A program made the translations under genes and the position numbers. The notes beneath the pieces are model-generated. The model searched no databases and was not told the origin of the DNA. It worked only from the letters and a program-made list of their open reading frames with translations. Below, in pieces: positions 25,925 to 39,534 of a stretch of DNA of 64,000 nucleotides. The DNA is from Octopus bimaculoides (Eukaryota). The DNA lies in assembly GCF_001194135.2 (NCBI RefSeq), contig NC_068999.1:1303859-1367858 (forward strand), read 5' to 3'. Position 1 is the stretch's first letter; each line of letters opens with the position of its first letter.

Positions 25925-26577
25925 TGATGATGATGATGATGATGATTGCAGCAGTAGAAAATAACGCTAATATTTGTTTCTGGTGCTTTCAAGATTCAGG
26001 ACGATGGCGATGGCTGTGGTGGAGTGCCGGTGGCGGCAGTGCTGGTGGAGGCTGATAGCGGTGGAGGTTAGTGGCGGTGGAGGTTGGTAGTGGTGCGGGT
26101 GACTGCAGAAGCGCTGGTGGTTATTTAGCTTAATTTGTAAAATGCATAGTTTCAATTTCACCGCAGTAGCTGCCATCAATTTTGAAAGATGGATTCTTAA
26201 AACTTATTTGAAATTGAGAATCATGATCGGACAGTTAATTACCCTGCTGCTTATTAATCAAAATGAAATATCATATCACATTATATTATATTATATCATT
26301 TTATATTGCATTATTATATTATATTATACTATATTATATTATATTATATTATCGATGAGAAATACAGTTTTGAAGAACATAAACGATATAAATAAACAAA
26401 AAATGCAACAGTAACACAAATAATTAAAAACACTCCTGCTGGGTTAATGCATCACTCTTCGTTTTACTTATTCTTTGTGGTTTTTCTGTTTTTAATTCCA
26501 ATCTTTCTATTTCAATGGAACGAACGAGTGCTTCTCGTCAAATTTCTCCTCATTTAATTCTTTCGTTTTCTTTGTCC

Positions 26578-26715
26578 CTTCTTCTTCTTCTTCTTCTTCT
26601 TCTTCTTCTTCTTCTTCTTCTTCTTCTTCTTCTTCTTCTTCTTCTTCTTCTTCTTCTTCTTCTTCTTCTTCTTCTTCTTCTCCTTCTTCTTCTTCTTCTT
26701 CTCCTTCTTCTTCCT
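26578..26715. repeat. (CTT)n microsatellite
   Basis: Read directly from the sequence; source of the poly-L/K ORFs. Confidence 0.97.
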
Positions 26716-29222
26716 TCGTCCTGTCGTCTGGTATCTATTAATCTTCATCACCATCATGATCACAGTCGTCGACTTTGCCATCGTCGTCGTCGATGTCATT
26801 TGTGTCATCGTCCTTATCGTCTTTATCACCATCGTTACCATTAATCTATTTCAACAACAACAGCAACAATAACGTACAATGCAAAAGCAGTACCACCATC
26901 ACTGTCACGAAGTACCCTCCCACATACACACACCCCTTTATAGTCATATTCACTATTGCCGCTATGGCGGTGGTGGTGGTCGCCATCGTCGTCGCTTTCA
27001 TCCTCTACCACACCAAGGTCATCATCATCACTATCACCATCTTTATCATGAATGCCCTCCTCTTTCGAGAGTTTCAGAGGCTCTGCAATATTTAGGAGTA
27101 GATTTTAGATGAGTTGTAATACAACAGGAACATGATGTCACGTTTCCTTCTACAGAATTAATGGTTTAACTTTTGAAACAAGCACAACAATTTGAAAGAG
27201 GAAACGAGTTACTATTATCAGCCCCAGTGACCAACCCTAAAAGACGAAAGAGACTATGGAGTTAGAACTAAGTTCGTAAAGAAGTGTTTGTCCCGCTACA
27301 CAGCATCACGACCGATGTTGGTACGTTTACATCCCGCTACCTTTCAGACGGATAGGATAACTACTTGGTTTCAGAATTAAACACTGGTGCCTTAACATCA
27401 CTGCAATCTGATTACAGAAATAAGTAGGTTTATTTGTCTTTATTCAATTTACACACACACACACACAACACACACACACAACACGCACGCACTCACCCAC
27501 GCGTATATACATACATATATATTTATATGGGGAGCTAGTGAACTAAGTAATAGGCGAGGGAAACAGAGAGTTGTAGAGTAAACAGACAGCTACAAAGTTT
27601 TTCTCTGTTGCACATGATCTTGATGGTGATAATGAAGTTTTATGTTGCATGTTTTCTTGTACAAATGCAGGCATACATATACGCACACACACATACGTAC
27701 ACACATACATATACATACATACAGGCATACATACACGCACATACATACACACATGTACACATATACATACGTACACATATGCATACACATACATACACAC
27801 ATGAGATATATACGTGCATAGTGACACAGATATATATGTACTGACATATTTGTGTCTATAATGTGTTGTGCATAACAACCTAATCGTTACTAACACCTTC
27901 GTTTACTCTGCCAGCATCATCATTATCAGCATCTCATATACACCTAACATGCTATAAATCAATAAAAAACAAACTTCAAACGTAACATCATAAACAAAAC
28001 GTAAGCTAACACAAAACAAATACATACAAACAAATAATATAACAATAAGGAACGAAAATAATACCAGAATGTTTAAACGAAAGCCATAAACATGCAGAAT
28101 TTTAAAGAGACATAGATATATTTACGATGTTACTTTGTTTCATTGTCAATTTTAGAGAATGAAAACATTAGAATTAAGAGAAACATATATAAAAGAATAA
28201 AACAATGACAAGAAATTTAAAATTTTGAAACAGTAGACTGAACGTTCAAATGTCAAACTTTGGAAATTTAGAAAACAAGATGGTGTTTATCTACTTGCAA
28301 ATATACAGGTGTTTGTGTATATGAGTCTGAGTATGTGTTTGTGTGTGTATATTCTTGTATGCATGTATGCATTTAAAAATACATTGATTCTGTTTACGCT
28401 TAAGTACAAATATATATATACGTACATACGCGCTTTTGATATCTTTATATACATCTATACAAACAGATAATAGTAGTTATATGTACGTATGTATGTATGT
28501 ATGTATGTATGTATGTATGTATATATANNNNNNNNNNNNNNNNNNNNNNNNNNNNNNNNNNNNNNNNNNNNNNNNNNNNNNNNNNNNNNNNNNNNNNNNN
28601 NNNNNNNNNNNNNNNNNNNNNNNNNNNNNNNNNNNNNNNNNNNNNNNNNNNNNNNNNNNNNNNNNNNNNNNNNNNNNNNNNNNNNNNNNNNNNNNNNNNN
28701 NNNNNNNNNNNNNNNNNNNNNNNNNNNNNNNNNNNNNNNNNNNNNNNNNNNNNNNNNNNNNNNNNNNNNNNNNNNNNNNNNNNNNNNNNNNNNNNNNNNN
28801 NNNNNNNNNNNNNNNNNNNNNNNNNNNNNNNNNNNNNNNNNNNNNNNNNNNNNNNNNNNNNNNNNNNNNNNNNNNNNNNNNNNNNNNNNNNNNNNNNNNN
28901 NNNNNNNNNNNNNNNNNNNNNNNNNNNNNNNNNNNNNNNNNNNNNNNNNNNNNNNNNNNNNNNNNNNNNNNNNNNNNNNNNNNNNNNNNNNNNNNNNNNN
29001 NNNNNNNNNNNNNNNNNNNNNNNNNNNNNNNNNNNNNNNNNNNNNNNNNNNNNNNNNNNNNNNNNNNNNNNNNNNNNNNNNNNNNNNNNNNNNNNNNNNN
29101 NNNNNNNNNNNNNNNNNNNNNNNNNNNNNNNNNNNNNNNNNNNNNNNNNNNNNNNNNNNNNNNNNNNNNNNNNNNNNNNNNNNNNNNNNNNNNNNNNNNN
29201 NNNNNNNNNNNNNNNNNNNNNN

Positions 29223-29256
<34 letters not shown>

Positions 29257-29263
29257 CACACAC

Positions 29264-29295
<32 letters not shown>

Positions 29296-29361
29296 ATACC
29301 TATATATATGTGTGTGTGTGAATATATATTATACACACACATACACACACACATGTATTTA

Positions 29362-29705
29362 TGTGGTATGGTTGCGTGTGCTAGAAAGATTGCGTCCAAC
29401 GTACATGGTTCCAGTTTCAGCCTCACCACATGGTACCTTAGCCAAATGAATTCCATTACTCAGCCTGGCCAAAGTCTTGGGAAGTTATTTGTAGGACAGA
29501 AATTGCAACAAGCCCGTCATTTGTATATTTATATATGTGTATGTGGGTATGTGTGTGGTCACGCATGTGTGTGCGTGTGGACGCGCTTATGTGAGTGTGC
29601 GTGCGCTTGTGTATGTGTGTATGAGTTTATGACTGTTTTTTTTTTCCCACCAGCACCTGACTAGTGATGTCTGTGTGTTAATTCCCCGCATTTCGGCAAA
29701 AAGAC
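29362..29705 (+). mobile_element. Degenerate composite SINE family A
   Basis: Head (atggttgcgtgtgctagaaag...catggttccagtttcagcctcacc), body ending caagcccgtca, a TG-rich spacer, then a degenerate 3' module (tgtgtgttaattccccgcatttcggcaaaaagacc). Confidence 0.6.
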
Positions 29706-29772
29706 CATGATACACACTAGCTTGACCGCAGTCTCATGATTAAAACAAGTGAAGGATAAATCTTTATAGATA

Positions 29773-29889
<117 letters not shown>

Positions 29890-30978
29890 ATGAGTGTGTA
29901 TGTGTAAATATATGTATTCATGTATGTATGTATTTGTACTTTTAATCATAATATATTATAATTTGTTCGTATTTACATTTGTACAGAAAAGATGTTTTAT
30001 TCTATTTTTCTGATCCTCTGTCTCGGAATTTTTCTGTTTATACTTCCTGCCTTTTACATTTCCTTTCCGCAAAATGTATTTCCTAATTTTGGCGCAAGTC
30101 CATCAATTTTGTTTGAAACTGGTAATCAATAACATCGACTCCAGTATTTGACTGAAAAGATGAAAAGCTATGCTTTCCTCCGCTGTATTAGAACGCAGAA
30201 TACAAAGAGCCGGAGGAATTTCTGCAAGACATTTTCCTCGACGCTCGATTGATTTGGCCACATGTTTGAAAAGGAGCCAACATTCTGTCTCGTTTATTTT
30301 AGGTTTAATCTTATCTCTTTTCCTATTTCTCTTTCTCCCCCGCTGTCCCTCAATTTCATCTGTAAATAATTCATTTTCTGTTCCTAAATATCCTCCTTCA
30401 TATTCTGACTCTCCTTTTTTTTTATTTTTCGCTCCCCCTAATTCTACTCCACAGCTGAACATTCTACAACCGTCTTTTATTCTGGGTCTTATTTTTGTAT
30501 ATTTTCAATTGTTATTCCTTTTTCAATTGTTTTCAATTCCCAATAATTTGATAAAATCACATAAATAGTGTCAAGTAGTTTGTGACTTCCAAAGATACAT
30601 GCAGATAAATATATTAGGTATATATTCTCTGTTACAGGCCGAAAGACGAAACGAGTGTGAGTGCAAGTTTTCTTACGGTTTTTTTTCTTTACAACCGCCA
30701 TCAGTTACGAAGTTTATAGAATGTCATGATTTTGATGTTTGAGTTTCAGACGACCTCACGCATACAAAGTCACAGACACACATACGACTGCATAAACACA
30801 CGCATAGTCTCTTGCAAATTGCACATACATGCACAAACACCTCATATACGTATATTTACATTGCTACGTATTTTCATTTCTAGGTTGTTTTTTCTAAATG
30901 CAAAGATATCGGTCTAGCTGAATCATACATTTGAAGCGTGTCTGTATTAAATATAAATATAAATATATATATATACAT

Positions 30979-31018
<40 letters not shown>

Positions 31019-31111
31019 NNNNNNNNNNNNNNNNNNNNNNNNNNNNNNNNNNNNNNNNNNNNNNNNNNNNNNNNNNNNNNNNNNNNNNNNNNATGTATAT
31101 ATGTATGTATG

Positions 31112-31145
<34 letters not shown>

Positions 31146-31779
31146 TTTACGTATGTATGTATGTATGTATGTATGTATGTATTCATAAATGCACGCACAT
31201 ATATTTTCTGCTATTGATAATTACTTGCAGTTTAACATCACAATTCTTATATTACTTGTGGCTATGTTAATTCTAATTGTTCTTTCAGAATCTTATCAGC
31301 AGAGACAAGAACAACAAAAACATCACCATAAACAACAGCAACGAAACTAACTCCAACACACTGAATAATAACAATAACAACAGCTACAACACCAACAACA
31401 AGAATTTGAAAACTCTTCACCTCAACCAATAGCCAAAGCATATTGAATAATGTGTATTTGAATGGAGGATATTTGAATAATCTGCCTCTGCAGCTTGGGG
31501 CAAATACGTTGAGATAAAGCTTAGAGATGAATGTACGTTTTAAATTGATGCACAGAAAGTAGATACGATTATTTTGGCATTTCGTGATCTTGGATTTTTC
31601 TTATAGAATTTCTGAAGGATAGATATCAAGTTGAGCTATCATACAGATTAAAAGATTTCTATTTCCTTCATTTTTTTTTCCGACATTTTTTGGGGTTTCT
31701 TTCTGTGTGGTGAGTGTTGGGTTTCGAAGAATTTTTCCATAGTTTGGATTTCTACGACCTTGTTGCTATCATCGCTTGG

Positions 31780-31925
31780 TTGCTGTTCTCATCATCGTCG
31801 TCGTCCTCCTCTTTCTCCTCCTCCCCTCCTACACCTCCTCCTCCGTCTTCATCTTCTTTTCCTTCTTCTTCTGATTATTATTATTATTATTATTATTATC
31901 ATTATTATTATTAATATTATTATTA

Positions 31926-31990
<65 letters not shown>

Positions 31991-32068
31991 TTGTGGGGCA
32001 AATGTAGTTCACTAATTTCTATTATTGCCACAAGGACAGCTAGATTAATGATGTGATGATAATGGTCT

Positions 32069-32138
<70 letters not shown>

Positions 32139-32180
32139 AAGAAGAAGAAGAAGAAGAAGAAGAGGAGGAGGAGGGGGAGG
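31780..32180. repeat. Compound (CCT)/(TTA)/(TAA)(GAA) microsatellites
   Basis: Read directly from the sequence. Confidence 0.93.
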
Positions 32181-33206
32181 AATTGTTTATTTTCCACATG
32201 AGTTAAATTAGAATCTTTATTGGTATTGTATCACCCAAATTATAAGTTTCTACCAACTTTGGATAGCGGATGTTATTACTATCGTTTTATTATTATTATC
32301 ATTATCATTNNNNNNNNNNNNNNNNNNNNNNNNNNNNNNNNNNNNNNNNNNNNNNNNNNNNNNNNNNNNNNNNNNNNNNNNNNNNNNNNNNNNNNNNNNN
32401 NNNNNNNNNNNNNNNNNNNNNNNNNNNNNNNNNNNNNNNNNNNNNNNNNNNNNNNNNNNNNNNNNNNNNNNNNNNNNNNNNNNNNNNNNNNNNNNNNNNN
32501 NNNNNNNNNNNNNNNNNNNNNNNNNNNNNNNNNNNNNNNNNNNNNNNNNNNNNNNNNNNNNNNNNNNNNNNNNNNNNNNNNNNNNNNNNNNNNNNNNNNN
32601 NNNNNNNNNNNNNNNNNNNNNNNNNNNNNNNNNNNNNNNNNNNNNNNNNNNNNNNNNNNNNNNNNNNNNNNNNNNNNNNNNNNNNNNNNNNNNNNNNNNN
32701 NNNNNNNNNNNNNNNNNNNNNNNNNNNNNNNNNNNNNNNNNNNNNNNNNNNNNNNNNNNNNNNNNNNNNNNNNNNNNNNNNNNNNNNNNNNNNNNNNNNN
32801 NNNNNNNNNNNNNNNNNNNNNNNNNNNNNNNNNNNNNNNNNNNNNNNNNNNNNNNNNNNNNNNNNNNNNNNNNNNNNNNNNNNNNNNNNNNNNNNNNNNN
32901 NNNNNNNNNNNNNNNNNNNNNNNNNNNNNNNNNNNNNNNNNNNNNNNNNNNNNNNNNNNNNNNNNNNNNNNNNNNNNNNNNNNNNNNNNNNNNNNNNNNN
33001 NNNNNNNNNNNNNNNNNNNNNNNNNNNNNNNNNNNNNNNNNNNNNNNNNNNNNNNNNNNNNNNNNNNNNNNNNNNNNNNNNNNNNNNNNNNNNNNNNNNN
33101 NNNNNNNNNNNNNNNNNNNNNNNNNNNNNNNNNNNNNNNNNNNNNNNNNNNNNNNNNNNNNNNNNNNNNNNNNNNNNNNNNNNNNNNNNNNNNNNNNNNN
33201 NNNNNA

Positions 33207-33362
33207 CACAGAAGTCTGTATATACACATATACACAGAAGTCTGTATATACACATATACACAGAAGTCTGTATACACACATATACACAGAAGTCTGTATA
33301 CACACATATACACAGAAGTCTGTATATACACATATACACAGAAGTCTGTATATACACATATA
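33207..33362. repeat. 26-bp minisatellite, 6 visible units, truncated by the gap at 32310-33205
   Basis: The unit cacagaagtctgtata(t/c)acacatata repeats head to tail with no spacers. Confidence 0.95.
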
Positions 33363-34404
33363 CATCCATGCGTTCGTGTGTATATATAGTTTTGGAATAT
33401 CACTGTGGTATGTTATAGTTATTTCTATTCGGTGTGCAATTTATATTAAGACAACAAAATATAATGAAGTTAGTTTAAATTCCTTTTCATTGGTGGACAT
33501 TTTTTGAAGCATGTTCTTCAAAATATTAATTAATGCGTAGTATTCGTAGTATTAACCTGTTGCTGAATTTCAAATTTTAATCTTTTTTTTTTTTTTCTGC
33601 TGTCTATTATTTTAATCTAAGCAGTACAGTTGTATAGGAAGAGAATTTGTTCCGTATGGAAACTAGAAACATTCTTCATTTGTAATATTCTTAACATATT
33701 TAATGAAATTCTATGGAGATTATACAAAATTCTTAAGAATTAAATTATCGCTTTCAAAGTGCTTTGTTTCAACAAAAATATCTATTTTCTAATCTCCATG
33801 GTGTTCCAGACCTGAAATTAAAAGCCTCATCGTTCTTAATTTATTATATTTTATTTCATTATTTTTCTCATTTTTCTGTGTTACTCCAAATAGAAAATGA
33901 GGTATATATATTACAAGAGGGACCATTTTGTTCCGGGGAGTAGTTGCAGGGACCACAATCGATCACGTGTTAAATCCCCAGAATAGATGCTTTGCTCATA
34001 CCGAGCGGAAGTTTTCATTATGTTAACATTTCTTAGTTGGTTCCATTAATATTGGTAAAATCGCTAATTCCATAAGCATATCACTCACAAGAACATATCC
34101 TGTACCACAATACGTAGAGGGAATAGTTTAGCGTAACCGTAAATTCGTGTCGTGTTTTGAGTCTGCAGAACTAATCTAGAACGAACTAGTTTAGTACTCA
34201 AGAGTCGGTGCAATTCTCGAATTCTCCAGTTCCTCATTTGAAGTTGATGAGAAATGAGGTTCTCGAACATATTAAGATTCCACTTCAGCTTTCGCGTTCA
34301 ATTTTTAATTGTCTATTTCAATATCTTTTTACTCATTCCTTCTATCTTTTCATTCCCCTTACATTTCCACGTGTAGCTCCTATTTTGTTTTTGTAACATA
34401 TTTC

Positions 34405-34442
<38 letters not shown>

Positions 34443-34492
34443 GTTTAATGCTTTTGAGATCAATTATGACTAATCTTTCTCATTTCTTATAT

Positions 34493-35045
34493 TCTTTTAT
34501 TTGTTTCAGACATTTGAGTGCAGCCATGCTGGAGCACTGCCTTTAGTCGAGCAAATCGACCCCAGGACTTATTCTTTGTAAGCCTAGTACTGATTATACC
34601 GGCCTATATTGACGAACCGCTAAGTGANNNNNNNNNNNNNNNNNNNNNNNNNNNNNNNNNNNNNNNNNNNNNNNNNNNNNNNNNNNNNNNNNNNNNNNNN
34701 NNNNNNNNNNNNNNNNNNNNNNNNNNNNNNNNNNNNNNNNNNNNNNNNNNNNNNNNNNNNNNNNNNNNNNNNNNNNNNNNNNNNNNNNNNNNNNNNNNNN
34801 NNNNNNNNNNNNNNNNNNNNNNNNNNNNNNNNNNNNNNNNNNNNNNNNNNNNNNTATATATATATATATATATATACGACGGTACGACGGGCTTATTTCA
34901 GTTTCCGTCTACCAAATCAAATCACAAGGCTTCGATCGGCCCGAGGCTATAGTAGAAAACACTTGCGCAAGGTGTCACGCCGTAGGACTGAACCCGGAAC
35001 CATGTGGTTGGTAAGCAAGCTACTTACCACACAACCACTCCTGCG
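34493..35045 (-). mobile_element. Near full-length composite SINE family A spanning the gap at 34628-34854
   Basis: The 3' module (gcagccatgctggagcactgcctttagtcgagcaaatcgaccccaggacttattctttgtaagcctagtact...gaaccgctaag) is left of the gap. (TA)n and the head/body (acgacgggcttatttcagtttccgtctaccaaatc...ggactgaacccggaaccatgtggttggtaagcaagctacttaccacacaacc) are right of it. Confidence 0.9.
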
Positions 35046-35140
35046 GCTATAAATTTGTTTATTATCATTATCTTTATTATTACTATTGTTATTGTTATTA
35101 TTATCATTATTATCATTATTATTATTATTATTATTATTAA

Positions 35141-35189
<49 letters not shown>

Positions 35190-35897
35190 TTTTCATATTT
35201 GTGATTAGAGATAGATTTGACAATCAGGCTTCAGGCTTTTGGCAGGAACCTTCTAGATTGCAGAACACGAGAGAAAAAAAAGGCCTTGGCAAACTGATCC
35301 TACGTCCATCTCCATTTAGAATATAAAAGGGTCGTAATTAAATTCTGCAGGGCATTAAATCCTTAACTGCATGAATCCTGCAATGCACCACATGACTAAT
35401 AACGTTTGCAAAAGGCTATATATTACTGCATACCTTCTGAGAGTGCAGCGGGTTTCGCCATGAAAATATAACAATCTATATGTTCAACTTGCATCAAATA
35501 AATAGTGAGAAACCAAATGTGACAGAGAGAGTGGTAGAAAGTATGAAAGAGGGCATTGCAGGGACATATTAAAATATAAAGGTAATTAAACAGAGGTTGG
35601 TGAGGTGAGAGGAGACATTCCTAATCTGTAATTTTATCCAGGCCATATAATGAAGGAAGGTTTCATTTCTGTCGTTCTGTAGGACTGACGTAACAATAGA
35701 TTAGCAGGAATATATAATAAAAGAGAGATTTATGAGGTCTTACACATTCATGCATATGCCACGTGACGCATATATACACTTACATTTGCCACTGCTACTT
35801 CGCCCTTATGTGTGAGTGTGAGTGTATTCGTATCTCACACTCACACTTACTCTTTGTCTCTCACTCTCCCCTTCTCACTTATTCTTCACCTGCCTTT

Positions 35898-35953
<56 letters not shown>

Positions 35954-36153
35954 GTCTCTCGCTCGTGTGTGTATGCATATATATATATATATAGAAAGAG
36001 AGAAACGTAGGTGCGCCTTTGTGCATTCGCATGATTGTGTCTATATTTACGTCCGAATACATCAGATACTGGGAACAGATTGTTATGGCATAAAATTGGA
36101 AGAGTTGTATCCATGTCTCCTTAACTACCGTTTTTCTCCGGTTTTCTCTCTAC

Positions 36154-36221
<68 letters not shown>

Positions 36222-36473
36222 CGTATCTGATTGTTTCTCTTTCTGTTTGCCTGTCTATCTTTATTCTACCTCTAGTTCTAAATCAATTTATCAATCGCTA
36301 TGNNNNNNNNNNNNNNNNNNNNNNNNNNNNNNNNNNNNNNNNNNNNNNNNNNNNNNNNNNNNNNNNNNNNNNNNNNNNNNNNNNNNNNNNNNNNNNNNNN
36401 NNNNNNNNNNNNNNNNNNNNNNNNNNNNNNNNNNNNNNNNNNNNNNNNNNNNNNNNNNNNNNNNNNNNNNNNN

Positions 36474-36522
<49 letters not shown>

Positions 36523-37495
36523 TGCCTGTTTCTTTGTCTGTTTGCCTACCTATCTTTATTTCTACCTCTGGCTCTCAATCAATTTATCTGTGTCAATCTA
36601 ACTAGTTATCTGTCTATTCCTCTCTCTTTCTATCAGCCTATCTATCTCTGTATTTATTTATCTCTATCTATCTAACTCTACCTATCTGTCCGTCAAGCTA
36701 TCCATTATCATGGCTGTCTAGATATAACCTCTCTCTCTCCTTTCAATATATCTATCTATCTATCTATCTATTTATCTAACTATTTGCTGGCCTGTTTAGC
36801 TATCAATGTATCTCTCTATATATTATATCTACCTATCTAATTACGTATCTATCCACCGACCTTTCTCGCAATTTTCTCTCTTATCTTGTTTTATTTTGCT
36901 ATGTTTGGATGATGAAAATGTGTTATTGGTAAAAGAAAAATATTAAAGCCGAGCGTGCGTTATTTCATGGCACGTTATTGCCAATTTTGTCACGTCATAT
37001 CGGCATTAAATTGAATTGGCTAAAACTATGTGTTCTGCAGCCTTTGCACTTTACTCCTTTTGTTATTTCTGCTGTTGTTATATTTTTCTCTGTTGCTGTA
37101 GTTGATCTTCTCGATGTCGTTAATGTCTCTATATACGCACGTGTGAGAATGACACTGTGTGCCTGTGTATCTGTGTGTGGATGTGTATTTTGGCAGTCAT
37201 TTTTTTTTTTTAGTGTGTTTTGGTATGTGTTTTCATTTCTGTATATTTCTTTGCTTTCGCTTAGATAAGATCTTGTTTCTGAAAGTTAGATTTAAAAGGG
37301 AGGCATGTTATCAAGAAAATTGCGCTTTCGCGATCATTTACTTGGTCGATTCTGTTAGGATAATTATGCAGGGATCAGTGTGTGAAAGAACAACAAAAAG
37401 GACAAACATATCACTAACAAACAAAGAAGATTAGGTATAATATGTGTGTGTGTCTACGTGTATATGTACATGCATAACTATGTAATGTGTATATA

Positions 37496-37534
<39 letters not shown>

Positions 37535-37943
37535 NNNNNNNNNNNNNNNNNNNNNNNNNNNNNNNNNNNNNNNNNNNNNNNNNNNNNNNNNNNNNNNNNN
37601 NNNNNNNNNNNNNNNNNNNNNNNNNNNNNNNNNNNNNNNNNNNNNNNNNNNNNNNNNNNNNNNNNNNNNNNNNNNNNNNNNNNNNNNNNNNNNNNNNNNN
37701 NNNNNNNNNNNNNNNNNNNNNNNNNNNNNNNNNNNNNNNNNNNNNNNNNNNNNNNNNNNNNNNNNNNNNNNNNNNNNNNNNNNNNNNNNNNNNNNNNNNN
37801 NNNNNNNNNNNNNNNNNNNNNNNNNNNNNNNNNNNNNNNNNNNNNNNNNNNNNNNNNNNNNNNNNNNNNNNNNNNNNNNNNNNNNNNNNNNNNNNNNNNN
37901 NNNNNNNNNNNNNNNNNNNNNNNNNNNNNNNNNNNNNNNNNNN

Positions 37944-37990
<47 letters not shown>

Positions 37991-38465
37991 TGTATGTATG
38001 TATGTATGTACACACATGTGCATGGACATACATACATACGTACACACGCATATACGACAAGAGTAAGAGAGAGTGAGGTGGAAAGCTAGATGTAAACGGA
38101 AAACATAAATGAAATAAAAAGAAATGAGAAGAAATTCTATGGACGAAGTAGCAATGTCAGGAATTTTTACATAACCGAAAATAACAGAAAACAATAGAAA
38201 TATATTTCGACAATCACAGAAAGTTACTCCAGTTGGACGTGTCAGAAAACAGTAGACATAATTCACTAGTTACCGTCCATTTATTATCGACTGAGATTAT
38301 TCCATTGGTTGTGTGGTGTAGCTCCAGAAGTATGGTATGAAATCCGGGGATGTAATCGTGTATTTTGGAAGCGACCTACAATGGTGGCCCTGCATTCAGT
38401 AAAGTTATATGAAGGCTATCCATCACTTACCAAGTTTAATGCTAGTATTTACTCATTGTAATTGA

Positions 38466-38689
38466 TAGGCGAGCTGGCAGAACATGTTAGCACACCGGAC
38501 AAAATGCCTAGCGGTATTTCGCGAGTTGAGTCTTTACGTTCTAAGTTCAAAATTCCGCAGAAGTTGCCTATGCCTTACATCCTTTCGTGGTCAATAAATT
38601 AAGTACCAGTTGCGTACTGGGGTCGATCTAATCGATTGACCCCCTCCCACAAAATTTCGGGCCTTGTGCCTAGAATAGAAAAGATTATT
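38466..38689 (+). mobile_element. Full-length SINE family B
   Basis: ggcgagctggcagaacatgttagcacaccggacaaaatgcctagcggtatttc...taagtaccagttgcgtactggggtcgatctaatcg...gccttgtgcctagaatagaaaagattatt. Confidence 0.9.
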
Positions 38690-39534
38690 TAGAAACTGTT
38701 AAATGGCTCCTACACATACATGGAGGAGTTCTTGAAACTGGGTATCGTGGAATACCTTCTATGGTGAGAGAATAGTTTGCATCTTGTTCGGGGATGTGAC
38801 TCTATAGTAATGTATAAATTGGCATTTCATTTAAACGTGGGTGAGGGATCGCCAGCTTTAAGTGTGATGAACGATATCAACTACTGTTCAAAGTAATTGG
38901 CAATGATGGTTTGCAACTGAAAGACATAATGCATAATTATTGCTACGAGGGAGGAATGCAATCGAGAAGGAAAGCATAGTCATCCGAGAAGTGATCCGAA
39001 ACGTGGGCTGTTCCTCGGTCAATATTTGATCTAGAGAAATAGCGAGTCTGCTTTTCGGCTCAGTAATCCTTTAGCGGTTCAACTTCATATTACAAGGCTA
39101 CAGTTAAATTTGGACAATAGGGACGTGTCATTAACAAATATTTTACTTATTTCAGACTTGTAACATTAGTTATCAAAATGGAATAGTCTGTGTTTTGAAT
39201 TTTGTTAACTGTATTTAAAGGAACCCTCGCAGTTTTCTATATCCAATATTTTCAGTTTTCATTGTCGTTTTGGTTATCGACACTTCTGTAGAATATTCTA
39301 TGAAATTCAATGAATTCGCGAATTTCACGTATTTTAATATCTTAGAATCTTAATATACTTCACATTCGTCTCCGTTAAGGGGTCAGTTGTCGAACAAAAA
39401 TTCAATACAATCTTCCAGTAACTATTTCTAAACTCTAGCGTTGATTGATCTCTAGTTTTTTTGTGTTTTTGTTTTTTTTAAGTACATCAGTTCGATAATC
39501 CTTTAAACTTTGGAGTCTATGCCTATTTGATACC

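Noticed and set aside
28436-29664. Long ORF-track entries (up to 391 aa) here and at 32220-33418, 37414-38266, 49765-50807 and 62831-63720
   Set aside because: They are open only because N-runs translate as X and the flanks are microsatellites.
30103-30462. A-rich 119-aa minus-strand ORF with 'YLG', suggestive of a LINE RT thumb region
   Set aside because: The surrounding residues do not follow any RT pattern convincingly. A similar A-rich segment at 20.1-20.7 kb is also unassignable by eye.
33207-33362. Possible CRISPR-like array
   Set aside because: The units are contiguous with no unique spacers, there are no cas genes, and the context is eukaryotic.
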